Positions 1 to 13,981 are shown, counted from the stretch's first letter. The stretch is DNA of 64,000 nt from Lingula anatina (GCA_051362555.1 CM120643.1:13304644-13368643), one strand, 5' to 3'. Made by a program: numbers and translations. The notes: generated by a model not told the origin, from the sequence alone.

Positions 1-751
1 TCAACCTGGCCTCTTATCAGTGGTTGTAGACGTTATTACTTCTATAATTCTAAAATAATAACAGACAGAAAGATGACATGAATCAGAACGGAGTCACAAG
101 GGTGCTACGCATTGAACCGTTAGGATTTTTCGGCAGAAGGCAGATAATGAACACCGGTTTTTCACAATTCCTGAGTCATTATGCCGTAAGCACAGTCCCA
201 TTCAATCGACGTGGTTACCGCAGAACAACGTTACTATGTTATACACCTTAAGAAAGTAGCCTGAATAGCAGCCAGGACTAAACCATTACAGATTTCGAGC
301 TTTAGATAAGAACCGTCATGAAGTGGAACTATCCTTGGATCGTGCACTTCCTAGTAATAGTTTTGTACTGAAATTTCCACTTCCCATCCTCATTGACTTA
401 TTGAATTACAAGTAATACTTCAGAACAACAATGGTTTTGATTTATATTAACAGAGAAAAGGATTTTTTGTTCTGTGACGAATTTAAGTCATACGAATTAC
501 AGCACTCCTTGTTCAGCGTAAAGCAATGTTATTCATATAATATCGACATTAATTATCATCGTCCATTGGGCCTTTATATGAATAGCTTCAGATAATATAT
601 CAGACAGATATACCTAGAAATGTGAAAACGAACTATTGTAACGCATTAAGGTAAGAATTACACACGTCTTCCCTTTCTCTTGTAAGAATTATCTTTTTAT
701 GTTTTTTACATTTTTTCTTTTTCTTCAGTCTTGTCGCCCTACGAGAGAAAG

Positions 752-3700
752 ATGGTTGTTTCTACACGACTCAAGACGGAAATGGTCTCAGAATATAGAG
801 CCGTATGGAAGGTCTCTTGGTTCACAGTTACATTGATAATGTCAGTAGCAAAATTGGCAGGTAAGAACCGATGCGTATATGTAATATAAGTCACAGTAAA
901 ATATTTGGATTAGTGTGTGTGTGTGTGTGTGTGTGTTAACGTGTGTGCGCGCGTGCGTGCGTGTGTTTGAGAGAGCGACAGAGATAGAAACACAGAGAGA
1001 GAATGGCGAAATAGAGGTGTTGAAGAAATAGTTTGTCATTTATATATATCTCATATTTATATATCTCATAAAAATGGTCTAATATACATTTCAGAGGCAC
1101 AAAATTACTCCTATTGTATCAACGGCGGGGTGAACCGCATTACAAACTTCAAAGGTGACATTTCGTCCAACATGGAGGGACAAGCGTACTACCAGAGTGG
1201 CATGGACTGCACGTGGGTACTGGACGCTGGAGAGGGAGGGCGCGTGCTGGTCACTGTACTCAGCTCCAGTTTACAGTGGACGCCGAACGACGCGACATGC
1301 ACCCAGTATGATCACATGGAGGTTCGAAATGGTCAGTATTAAGACCAGTATATTAATTGAAATGGCCAGTATTAAGACCAGTATGTTAATTGAAATGGTC
1401 AGTATTTAGGACCGGGGTTTTAATTGACAGGTGTAAAAAGACATCAAAAGAAAAGGAGACTTGTCAGCGATGTATCTTTCGCCCGAAGTTCTCTGTATGT
1501 GTCGAAAGAGTGGAAAGTTTGAAATGGTGAAATTCAAACAGTGTGTGTGTGTGTGTGTGTGTTTGTGCGTGCGTGCGTGCGTGCGTGTGTGCGAGTGACG
1601 GAGAGAAAATGAGCACGAGCCTCATCCGATGAAAGATTGATAAGCCACACTTTCGGCAGTTAGAGAGTTTCCTTCAGAAAACTCAAAGAAACCATATCAA
1701 TTACCGAGAAATTATAGTCTAAATAATCAATAGAATATTACAGCGAAATGTTTTTGCACGAGAACAAGTAATAAACTTCAACCCAGTATAGATCTTCATA
1801 TCCATTAACACTAGTACTGGGGAATTCCCTAGTGATTTTATTTCCTCTTTCAATTATTGGCAGTCAGCCCATTGATTGTAGCACGATGAAAGCGCGGTAA
1901 AGAACAGGAAGGTTTGACATAATATCTTGACATCCTTATTTTTCTGTTGTTTAATTTAATAACTATTTTCTCTCTCTTCATGGAAAAATTTCATGTCTAC
2001 GTTCATATATAGCCGATTCTAACTTACCTGTTTATACCATATTAATTCATTTCGTAGTGTTACATGTACACCGCCAGAGTAGTTCTATTTCAGATTTAAG
2101 CTACCTGAATATTGAAGGGCAGACCCTTCCTCAGCTGTAACTAAATAAATGATCGGCAATGATGCGATTCCTAAAGTGAGAACGCAACAGTCAATCAAAA
2201 CTGCATGTCTTTGTAAAATCGATAGGTCCAATATTTCACTGTACAGCACTTACAGAAGGATGCCGCGTGCAGCGTAAGTCGTTACCTGTCATCACGATCC
2301 CAGCGTCTCTTTCGCGGTTTATAAAACAAAGCTTGGGGATTTTATCTGGTTAAGAGATAAATTTATCCAATTCATTTGAAATACCAGTGAGTGTAAGCAT
2401 CTTTTCACTTGACTTTCCAGGAGATACGGCAAGTGGTGACGTAATAGTCACGTGGTGTGGGGACCGGAGTCCGTCTACCTTCATCAGTACGGGGCGCTAT
2501 CTATACATCAAATTTAAAACTAAGTCACAGAATAACACTGGTGTCCGTTTGAAATATGAAACTTTCGGTAAGTTAAAATCCGAATATTATTTAAGAGAAA
2601 CAAGGACATGATATTAGAGATAACGTGCTCAACACTTAATTTTTTAATTCGGTGAGTTGTTCAGTTAAATACTTCCGTAAGAGTACTAATTTAATTCTTT
2701 ACTGATTACCAAACTTTTTAATTTATACATATTTATCTCTGTTACCATTTATCTATCTATATATCTATTGTAGACGCCACATTATGTCCCCCCGGCTGGC
2801 GGGAGTACAGCAACCACTGCTACAAGGTGGAGACCCATCCTCTATCATGGGAAGATGCCCACAGATATTGTGTGCGTGATCAGTCCAACCTAGTCAGCAT
2901 CTCCAGCGAGGCGGAGCAGTCATTTATTACAGGCGAGTTTCCTAATCTTATTACTTAAAAGTGCAAAACAAACTCTTTTCTTTGACAGCCATTCATTAAG
3001 AAGAGATTATTATAATTTATCTTTGATAATGAGCAACCAACTGGCGAAAATAGTGTGTCCTGTGTTTCCTTTAGACCAAATCTGAAATCGCGAAAGACTT
3101 AAAATGTGCACGCAGTGACAAAATTTTTCATATATACACTGTATGCTAGTTCTGATGCTTATGTGATTTAGTATGGCGTAAACAGGTGGCACCCTATTTT
3201 AGCTTTGGCTTTGAGGAACCGAACGGAAACAATTATTCAAGGTGGAGAAGGTTTTAAGCGCCACCGAGTGAATACTTCCTGATGGAAACAGAAATAGAGA
3301 TGGAATATTAAATGAAGTTGAGGGAAGGGAGGAAGTGAAAGACTTTGAAAAAAAATCCTACCTTAATTCCTTGTCTTTTGACTCTGCCTTTTGCCTGTAC
3401 ACCTCTCTTTCTCTCTCACCGCACTGTCTTTGCTTCCTTCTACTTCGAACACTGGAAATGCGCTGCTCGCCATCCTTGTTCGTGTTTATGTCACGTGGCT
3501 TAAACTAATGACCCCATTGGACAGTAAGGCAATTGATTGGCAGTTGTTCCCTTTCTCCTTACCGTGCGTTGTGTAATCCCCTCGCTTGTTGGTGCCGGCC
3601 AGACGGCTGGACATCTGCAGTCAACCCTTGTGCTAGTTTACAATCTGACCGCAAGGCCCGCCAGTAGTCTGTTACAAAATTATTGTATCGTGTGTGCTTT

Positions 3701-6532
3701 AAAGGGATAACAACTGTTCGTATGATATCTATGTTTCATAATAAATGCATTGTCAACAACTCATAGAAATATAATAAATTCTATTTTATCACCAAAACGG
3801 CGGTTCAGGCAGTTATTCTGGAATTTGTGCTTGCTATCACATCACGTGACCTTCATAGATGGCTACACTCTGTAATTATCTCTTAAGAGAATATTACAAA
3901 AAAAACTTTTTAGAGAAAAACCAGGGACTAACTTTGAATGTCGGAATGGATTCCTTAACCATTGGTAACTATGGGAAATCCAGGAAATCCCTTTTTTTTT
4001 TTTTTTGTCAAAATGAACAGTGCTCATCCCTTTAATTTTGCATACTATTTTTCAGGCCCCTGAAATCACAGGGTAATGCTGGTTATGTTGTGACTGGTTA
4101 TGTTTATCCTATGCAAAAGATAAATTTGTTCACCCCCACCTCGCGCCATTTCCCGCAAGGTTTCTAGTCTTTTACGATGTCGCGAAGCACCGAAGTCCTC
4201 TTTTAGGCTTGGTCATAAAAACAATATTTAAAAGAAGTGCATGAACCGACCACCCTCACACATTCGTTTTATTCGTCCATGTTTAAGAGCTCATTCAAAA
4301 TGCAACTATCGGTCTACGTAGATCGATCCAACTCTGCGGGGACTGTCGCTCTGAATGCATTCAGGTTCACTGAATGGCACGCCGCCTGGCGTTGAGTAGC
4401 ATACAGAAAAGCTGGTGATTATAGAAGTAGGCCTAGGTTGAAAAAATAGGTGTGTTAATATGTTAAACTGATGGCATTCAGCGAGAATCCCGCCGAGTTG
4501 GATCGATCTATGAGGAACGATAGCTTCACTTGGAATGAGCCCTAAGACAAGTGCGTAAGTTAACGTTGGGTACTTGCTTAATAAGTGAATTAATGTTTTT
4601 CTTACAGAAGCTGTTAATAGCGTTACTGCCGGTACGGCGTTCTATGTCTGGATTGGTGTGCGATATGTCCAGCAGTCGTCTGATTGGCTGTGGATTGATA
4701 CCTCTGTCTCTTACCTTCAGAGTGGGTATGTACACTACAGTAGTTCATCTAGATAGAATAATGTCACTCAATCCACCACTAGTCACTCCTATTTCAATCC
4801 ATATTGAATATTACCCTAGACACAAACTCCATGAACCACTCTGATAGTAACTTTCTGATTTAAATAACTTAAATAGTATCAACATTTTATATGGTCAATA
4901 AGTACATTTGTGAAAGCATCTTATACATTTTTATTTCACTGTCCAAAGTTCCATATACGTTTCTCAATTTCAGTCTGAAAATGACGTGTAAATGTAAACT
5001 TATATAAATTTTATAAATTTATAAATGTAAAAATATAAATTTTGATGTTTCTTCGTTTCTAGTTGGACCAAAAGTGGAACAACGTCTGGTTCGGGATGTG
5101 GGTGTATAAAACCAAGCACAAATTCTTGGATAAGCAAGCTTTGTACACTAGATAATATATCTGTGTGCAAAATGAAAAAGGGTGAGGAAATATTAGGCTA
5201 TCAGTTATTTAAACCATGAAACAGCATTTATAACCATACAATTATATCATAAAATTTGTCTCTGCTGGTGGTTGAATCAACGTTCTGAGCGAAAAGACTA
5301 TATATGTAGTTAGGCAGTGTACTGCTTGACTTCATTATTGCAGCAAAATATTTTGTTTTTCATACTGGGCATTCATTGGGGTTAGAGACATCGGGGAACT
5401 TGCTGCAAGAAAAAGACCGAGTTTTATGGTTGATAATCATTATATTTCTTGATTTAGCTATCTTTAAGCTCGCATTTCGAGATCACACACGGAGTTTATA
5501 ATGTCGAGATATTATTATTCACTCAGTGCTGGTGAACGTGTAAATAATTTATAATTTGAAAATGATAATTGTCTTGAAGTAAGTGGGAGTGAGGTTCCAA
5601 ATTATGGAAAAGCGTTTGACAGAATTTTTAGCGTGATGGTTTGCAAATTTTTTCTGTTTGATTCACAGGTGCAGCAACGCAAATTTTCACCATTCCTGCC
5701 GACAACCCAGTGAGAGGTACGCTTAAATCTGCCTTTTAAGTGTGATAAGCTGATATGATGAAGAAAATCACTTCTTTTTTCTTTTTGAAAAACCATCTTT
5801 CTTAATTTAATAATTCGAAACTATCCACTTTTCTTAAACGTTCAAACTCTGCTACAGAAAATTATGATAAAATCCTTTAAAATACTGTATTAAATACATG
5901 TTTATACTATGTAATATGACATTTTGGCTTCATTCTAATTAACAGAGCTGCTATATTGTACTTCTTGGCAAGAAATATTGGATAATATTTGACTGGCATT
6001 GCTTTCTGTTTCAGATGAAGGGAGCTACTGGGAATTTATTGTAGTAGGCATCATCGTTATCATAACAGCATGCTTTATTGGCAATTTCATAAAAGCCAAA
6101 TGCACTGGAAATGTCGAAACCTCGTCTGAGAATGACTCCGATGTAACGAGGAGCACGCAGGTCACGCAGCACCAAAGGCCGGCACCACAGCTGCAGATGA
6201 CCCGGCTTAGAACTCGCCTCCAGAACTTGCAGGATCAAGCTCGAGTGCGATACACTCAAAATAACAATAGGGTCTCACATGCTGCCAACGAAGACACGCT
6301 GTATCAAAAAGACATCAGCGACATGCCAGAAACTGGTAATATAAGAGCAGGTGCCTTATCTCCTATTACGTCAACATTTCCATCCTCTCCACCAATGTAT
6401 GACGACGAACCAAGGCAAGGAACCTTTCCCGTCAGAACAACAGCGGCACCTTTCAGTGGAATTGAAGAACACTCGGGCACGCCCCCTCCGTCCTATGAGG
6501 AAGTATTTGGTAGTGAAGCGCACAGCAAATGA
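752..6532 (+). CDS. CUB + C-type lectin domain single-pass membrane receptor with PPxY tail, paralog A (8 coding exons, ~484 aa)
   Basis: Exons 752-860, 1095-1331, 2421-2567, 2774-2932, 4608-4725, 5063-5181, 5669-5716 and 6015-6532 join in frame (1455 nt). Hydrophobic leader VSWFTVTLIMSVAKLA; CUB motifs GDISS..YQSGMDCTWVL..YDHMEVRNG..WCG..STGRYLYIKFKT..GVRLKY; CTL motifs CPPGW..HCY..SWEDAHRYC..NLVSISSEAEQSFI..VWIG..WLWID..C..C..VCK; TM WEFIVVGIIVIITACFIG; tail with PPMY and PPPSYEEV. Intron 4 has a GC donor. A probable non-coding exon ends at 650 (AG|GTAAGA). Confidence 0.88.
913..1010. repeat. (GT)n microsatellite followed by GA-rich tract in intron 1
   Basis: gtgtgtgt run, then gcgt repeats and gagaga. 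Confidence 0.9.
1326..1424 (+). repeat. 33-bp tandem repeat (3 copies) spanning the exon 2 splice donor
   Basis: gaaatggtcagtattaagaccagtatattaatt starts at 1326, 1359 and 1392; the first copy contains the AATG|GTCAGT donor at 1331/1332. Confidence 0.9.
1541..1592. repeat. (GT)n/(GCGT)n microsatellite
   Basis: Read directly from the sequence. Confidence 0.9.
3703..4031 (+). mobile_element. Kolobok-type non-autonomous element (MITE), copy 1
   Basis: TTAA|AGGGATAACAACTGTT ... AACAGTGCTCATCCCT|TTAA: terminal inverted repeats with a TTAA target duplication. The same body recurs at 14083 and, inverted, at 19715. Confidence 0.8.
4275..4555. mobile_element. Fold-back MITE with ~90-bp imperfect inverted arms
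   Basis: tgtttaagagctcattcaaaatgcaactatcg..tagatcgatccaactctgcggg (4280-4341) pairs with cccgccgagttggatcgatcta..cgatagcttcacttggaatgagccctaagaca (4489-4549). Confidence 0.75.
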
Positions 6533-8726
6533 GAAGACAATCGTCTACGGATATAGTATTTTGATAATTGTTTTATATGGTTGGTACTGTTAGGCCCCAC
6601 CACATCATACAGGAGATGAAAAAACACTTCATTTTGCCTATCCCCTCCACTATTATAAGACTGGAAGAGGGTTACTGTAAAACGGTTTAACCCCTTGCTC
6701 TATGGCCGCTTCATTTCTCGGGCTGATTTAACCTTCATAGTGATTTTTAAAAGAAACTCACTACTTAGGTGCATGCGAAGGTTAGAGCAATAAGCAACTG
6801 AAAGGACACAGTCGTCCAAGTCTTTCATGATATCTAGCTAGTATTATGACAGTCTGCCATGTTGGCATATTGGCACGTACTATTCAGCAATAGGAGGGCG
6901 GAGACCTCTGCGATTTTGCTAGCAAGTGATGGTGTTACCCTCCCTCTTTGATTCTGTAGTCCTTTCAGACTAACGGCTCAATAAAATTGTGATATCGTTT
7001 TATATGCTATGAAAAATGTATGCTATTAATGAGACTTTGAGGAACACACAAAATGAAACGTGTTTGAAATCATTCTTGTCTTCGCGCACGTGCAAGTTAC
7101 CGTTGTAAGTTCTTTAAAGTAAGGGATCGAATATGAATAAGGATAAAAAGCTAATTAAAATGATAAAACAACTACAAGCTGAACATTTTAATAGCTTATA
7201 AATAATCTTTTTATACTTGGGTTTTATTTATGTAATTTTTGTGAAAATTTGAAAATATTCATGGCTTGTTGAAATGAGAAATATTCTTTGGAGGCAAGAA
7301 ATCGTAGATTGCTTATATTGTTGTCTGGATTAGAAAATTTAGATACGCAAAAAGATTCAGCTTTAAAAACAAGAGACAAGAACTATATTTGGATTACCGT
7401 CAGTGTCAAAATACATGTAATTTGTCTTCATGTGTATTTGCATTTACTTGTAAATGGGTGGTATAAAAGTACCTAAGTCAATACTTTGTTTCCATTAAAA
7501 CTATGAATATCAAAGTTAAGCAATAAACCGCATGCAGTGCAAAATTGCTGATTTGCCAGTAAAAGGGGGCTAGCTGTCATTTAAGATAACTGAAGTATGT
7601 ACTCAATTATAGACGCGTAGGCCTACTTTTATGTGCAAATTCATCAAACTCTGTCATCTTAGAAGCGGTTTACGGTCGATAGTCCATTGATTGGAAACGT
7701 CAAACGTGGCCACACAAACATTAATTATTTGTATTTTCATTTATCCAAATATTTATAAATTACTGAATTAATTACTTTCATTCGTTCCTTCATTTATTTT
7801 ACTCATTAAAGGCGCCTTTAAAACAAAACACAAAAAAGACATCTCAGACCGTGCTCTTATACTAGATCTGTCAGTTCAAGAGAAACAAAAATCAAAATCA
7901 TTTGATACCCGTGTTATTTTCAGCCTGTAAAAGAATATATATGAAAGGCAACTGGTCAATAATGTTCAGTGACAAGCATTGATGGAGTCTTTGGGTAGTT
8001 TTATGAATGTCATGTATTCTGACAAAGAATGCTGTGCATGGCGTCACCACTTTAATAACATTGGTTGACTGATAAAGTAATCACTCAAACCTACAAAAGC
8101 ATGACAACAAACTCGCCGCCATTCTCAAGATGACGTCGACAATATTACAATGACGAATTCAGGTTCGTTTAAAATAGAACCTCTGTGCCAATTAATCGGT
8201 ACAACTATTGAACACTATACCAGGTATTGATTTTGTGCATTGTATATTTAACTCTGAGCAAAGAAAACATAACAACAATACAAAAGCAGGGTAACCAGGT
8301 TAGAGTTTGCGTGTGGCTGTTTCTATTGCGAAATGGCCGCTCACGGTGGAAAAACTGCGGAGAGCTAGGCAAAAACCAGGACAAATAAGAAAACTGATTT
8401 TGGCACAATCAAGGTGGTACGGATAACACTTGGTTGGATTCACTGCTTCCAGTAGCATCAAAGTGTGTTACTATTTAAACTATTGTGGCACATTGAGATA
8501 ATATATCCTGGCAAGTGATTCTGTAAGTATAAGCGTCCAGCAGTTTGACGGCCATGTTAGATATACCCTCTACGTAATCTTTTGTAAAATAACTATATTA
8601 GTGAAATATCCTGTAAATCTTTACTGTGGGTTACCCGTGACACTAATGGTTGTCCTTGGAATGGAAGTCCGGGGTCCCATATGGTTTGTACAGGTTGAAG
8701 TTAGTCGTAGTACTGGGGTTACCATA

Positions 8727-8797
8727 TGGGACGAATGTCACCTGTACAAAGTAATGGGAGGCGGACTACGGTTCCTAGCGGACTACCATTCCTGTCG
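8727..8797 (+). repeat. Dispersed repeat, second copy at ~9979-10047
   Basis: ggacgaatgtcacctgtacaaagtaatgg..ggactacggttcctagcggact..cattcctgt is present at both sites. Confidence 0.8.
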
Positions 8798-9279
8798 CCC
8801 TTGATAGCAGCTACACAGCTGTTACGTAGAGTCACTCAGTAAGAAACAAGGCACAGGTGAATACAGGTGAGTGCAGGTGTAGGTCATCTACGCAGTCCCC
8901 CTAGCTGTGCATAGTGGACGCTCTACTTGACCAAATAGGCCTGACACACCATGTATGTACTCACAGGTCCCTCCGATGCATAAATTGTAGATATGATTCT
9001 TCTTTCGATGCAGAATATTGGATCTGATAGATCAATCTGATAAATTCTGATATGCAGTAGGCCTGATATAAAATAATGTAATCAAGAAACTTTGTAAAAA
9101 CAGAGCCTATTTTACCGATTTCACACCACATCATCGTGCATATAGCTGGTATCAGAATTAAACGATATCATTTATTCCGGCGTGGACCTATAAGACCTAT
9201 AAAATCTATGTGCTCTAAAGATTTTAAGATGTATATTGATTTCCCTTTTTTTCGGCAGGTTATAGTTGACTTTGACAAA

Positions 9280-12200
9280 ATGACACAACTTGGGAGCATG
9301 GAGTATCCTGCCTTAAGAGGAAGGACGATTACAGCGCTGATTGTATTAATACAGATTATTTGCCTGGTAAAATTAGCAGGTACGCATGTGCACAAAATCA
9401 GTTAATTTTCTTAATAATGCTTAAATGCGAATGTGTGCTTATTTGCCTGAGCGTTTTTCAGCAACTGGACGTGCACATATGCAGTGGCGGATTTAGAGGG
9501 GGGTCAGGGGGGTCCTGACCCCCCCTCGGTTTCTGAAAAATATTTCACACCAATATTCCCCTCTTGAAATTAGAATTTTGACTAGCTAAATATATACAGT
9601 ATATAAGACAATGAGAAATTCAAAATGATATGATTCATACATCATTGACGTCTCGCGTCTTTGTTAGCGTTAAAAACCTAACTTCTGATTCCATGAATGG
9701 CGAGCGTGGGCTTGATGCTGAAAATTTAATTTTAGTCAGCAGGCCAATTCCCTTAACTGAGCAAAATGTATCGTAGCATGGCAGTAGACCTTATCTAGTG
9801 TGTGTGTATGTGTATGTGTGTGTGCGTGTGTGTGTGTGTGTGAAGAAAGACACCGAATGCTGATTTTTCAGAATAATTTTCACATATGGGAAACAGGTGT
9901 AACAGGGATTGAAGACCTAGGAAGGGCTCTCATATGATTAGTACAGGTTAGGGTTAATTGGAGTATTGGGGTTAGTATTTGGACGAATGTCACCTGTACA
10001 AAGTAATGGAAAGTGGACTACGGTTCCTAGCGGACTCCCATTCCTGTTACACCTGGGCTACATGTGTAGTAGGCCCAGTTAGACACTATTGGACTTGTAG
10101 AGTATCGTATGTGACATCGAATAATTGCACGACTTTGAGCATATGAAGGCAGGAGCGGATTCAGAAATATTTTCTGACAGTCTTCCAAATTAACTTGAAC
10201 CATTTATCCATCCTCCATTTTTGACCGTCTTCCGACAGAAAAAATAGATACCCGTCGATGTATAAACTTGAAAATCTGACCGTCTTCTGGAAGACCCAGA
10301 AGACAGCCTATATCCGCCCCTGTGAAGGTATCACCGCCGGGTTTATTGAACATTTGTGAACAGTTTCAGTAACAACCCCTCACCTAAAATGAGCTATACC
10401 TGTTGTTATTTGCATAATAACAAGTTGTTCATCGTAGTGCGAGCTGTCTTCCCGAATGCTCACTTGGAAGTTAGACAGGGTCGGGTGTAGACGCAACAGT
10501 ATGTGTGGTGCAGCCAGAAGGTCGAGCTTTTAAAAGGCGTGGAAGCAAATGTATATTTGTGAGTATCACTATTTCTTCATCAACCACAGCCACTAATTAC
10601 TAAAGACGCAAAAGAATGAGAAAAATATTTACAGCAAATATTTATGACATGAATCCTTTTACTATATTTCCTATATTGTTACTTGTATATCTGTCAGAAT
10701 GGTAGAAATTATTGCTTACAGTACATTGGGACTCCAAATGTTCAGGAAAAACGGCGCATTCATCTGACTTTTGACGATAACCTAAGTTTGCGTGAAACCC
10801 TCTGCACTTTGTAACCCTCTGTTTGAACATTTTGTGTGCCCCGGTCTTGAGAATTAATTTTGAATATTTTGACCTAATTTAAAATGTCGCGTGTTTTTAA
10901 ATGTAAGTATTACCACCCAAATTAATTAATTGGATGATGCTTGTCACCGTTCTGAGCTTCTGAGACTGATCCAAGGATTTCGACTGCTCATTGCACAATG
11001 ATTGACAGATACATATTTTACACAGCCTGTCGTCTCCATTGCGCCGTGTTTTGCCCATCCATTACACGGTTCATATTATATACGTGCAATATATTTGTTG
11101 TAATTTTCGAAGAGAATTTGTAAATTTTCTCTTTCTCTGAAATGCGTCATCATGTACTACAACCCGCGTTATAACTTTTAATATCAAGAGGAATGTATTG
11201 ACGGTCGTAGCAAATGAAACGGGTAGTGCTATCAATGCTACTTTTTTAATAAGAGGCCTCAAATAGTTATATCGTTAACTAATTCCAGAATATAACTTTG
11301 GTTTCACGCTAGTTGAACCTGAGCATCAGACTAGTTAATAATCGTGCACGCCATTCCATTTATACGTGTCCTCTGTCCTGTGACATTACATGCATTATTA
11401 GAATGTACAGAGCCCGTCTGTTTAGTTGTAAACATTATTTTTATCTTTTCAGGAGCTCAACGAGATTCTGCACAGCATCTGTCTGAAAGCAACCTATGAA
11501 GTCTAGCCTTTGTTTCACAGGAACCCACGCTCCTTCGTATATCTATTATATGGAAACTCAATAAAAAAACTTTTATAACTTGGCGTTTTGTTTTTCACCT
11601 TTTTATGAAATTATTATGATAAGGATAGTAGTAATCATAATGGAAATGGGTTATTTTTAGTGTTTTAGGACTTTCAAATTCAATCTGATCTGTAAAGAAT
11701 GTCAGTGCTTTTGTGGTTGACGGTTTTCTGTGGTACCTAAATTTTAAATTGTTGTAAAATGACCAGTATTTTCTAAATAACCCCTCCAATCTGTTTTAGC
11801 ACACTGTAGTAAAATATCTAAAATGGTTTCCAACAACCTACATTTTATAGTTCAAATTTATATAAATTTACAATCCTGGTTTTAAAAAAATTCACATGAT
11901 AATTTTGTTCTATGGCATATATCGTTTGGTTATTTTTCCTGTATTATCTTATATAGGGAGGGTCCCATTTTGACGGAGTTTGGCTTTTGCTATCGTGAAT
12001 TGTTTTAATTTGGCGGCCTTTTCTTAGTATAAAAAGTTTATTTGATATTTGAACATAATAATGAGAAGGTGGGATGATTCTGATGTAAGCTTAAATCAAG
12101 TTAGATTTTTTAAATGAATACTGCTGAAATTGATGAAAAATTTGATTTCTGAGGGTAAAACGGAACTTCAGTTCCTATTCTCTGAATCAAATTGGGATAA

Positions 12201-13949
12201 TTACAAGACTCGCCCCACCGGTCACCCCTCCAATACAATGGACTCGCCCCACCTGTCACCCCTCCAATGCAATGGACTCGCCCCACCTGTCACCCCTTCC
12301 AATGCAATGGACTCGCCCCACCTGTCACCCCTCCAATGCAATGGACTTGCCCCACCTGTCACCCCTCAAATGCAATGGACTCGCCCCACCTGTCACCCCT
12401 GTAATGCAATGGACTCGTCCCACCTGTCACCCCTCTAATGGAATGGACTTGCCCCACTTGTCACCCCTCTAATGGAATGGAGTCGCCCCACATAACTCCC
12501 CTTTATTTGGAGTCGCCCAACCTGTCGCCCCTTTGATGCAATGGACTCGCCCCAATTTGTCTATCAAATGACCGTGGTGTACTATTCAACCTTATTTGCT
12601 TCGGTCAAGTCTTCACTGCTAAACCTTTTAACTACTCCTGTGTTAGCTGACCTTGTAAGCAATTCATTAGAATGAATTTTCTAAAATGAAATTTAAACAA
12701 TCCATTTATTCATCAAAAACGCCAATCAACCATCAGGATTACTTGAAAACACCTTTTTAATAATTTTGATAAACGTTATTACATAATTGAAGTCTATTTT
12801 TGTAGGTTTTTTTAAAATGCTTTTCATCATGTCGATCGGTAATTTCGGGTAGGCACCGACTGCCCGAGGGTTCTAAAATCTTCATCGCTCTAGTCGCCGA
12901 CTAACCCCAACCCCAATTTGTAATCAGCCACTAGGTGTAGCTAAGACAGCGTATGACGCAGGCTTGATGCCCAACGTTATACCGAGAGCGCTATATTGGT
13001 AAATATAACCGACACATATCTTTTTATTTTTATAACATTGTTAGAACGTTTTAATACTAGATGTATTGATTTAAGTTGTGTAGTGATACAAAGTATGAAA
13101 TCCTTTGTTCATGTGTTTTCGACAATATTAACAAAAATGCATCATTTGTAAATTTCATCAAAATTTATATACGTTAATAGAACTTGCTGGCATCGTTCCT
13201 TGGATCAATGATGATGACAGTGGCGGTGTACAACGTAAGAATGGCGTTCTCTTAACACTTAATTGTTGATGGTCTAACCAATATATAACCCTGTTATCAA
13301 ATCGTTTTGTGTAAGCTGGGTATACGTCACCTTCATTATTATTCATTATTATTCATTAAGAAAAGGGGGGGTAAGGTCGGGGGTAAGGTCGGCTTCGCAT
13401 CCGCGGCGCCCCCCTCTTTAATTTATCCTGTATCCGCCCCTGCATATGTGTGTGTTTGTGTGTGTGTGTGTGTGTGTGTTTAAGTGAAGGAGAGAGAGCA
13501 AGGACTCTCTTATAAGTTTATTTACATGAAAACATTTTGTAGTAAGTAGGGGCCCAAACTAATCTTGCTGACAGGTCATTTTACAATCAAATACATACAG
13601 GATATCATTAAATGCAAAGAATTTTGAGTCTACACTCATTTTTTTCCCACTTTTCCAGAAGGCCAAAATTATTCATTTTGCGGCACTGACAATAACTATG
13701 TTAATAACGTCATGGATCAGACGGGTTACATCATATCAAGACGCTCGGGGCAAATTTACTACGGGAACAACATAATGTGCACGTGGTTCTTGGACGCTGG
13801 TGCTGGGAACTCTCTTCACTTCACCATTGAGAGTTCGTCTTTAGAACCAACCAGTGGAGTGTGTGACCATCACGATTACATGGTATTTTATTACGGTAAG
13901 ATGGCGTTATACGCTAGACGTAGGGTACACATTATTTCTTCTGATTTCA

Positions 13950-13981
<32 letters not shown>

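Larger units (their letters stand above)
9482..13442. mobile_element. ~4-kb non-autonomous TIR DNA transposon with 6-bp TSD in intron 1 of paralog B
   Basis: CATATG|CAGTGGCGGAT ... ATCCGCCCCTG|CATATG; no transposase ORF inside. Confidence 0.8.

Noticed and set aside
12130-12555. Regular 34-bp repeats as a CRISPR array or a coding repeat
   Set aside because: Units are directly adjacent with no unique spacers, there are no cas genes, the context is eukaryotic, and a 34-nt unit does not preserve frame.
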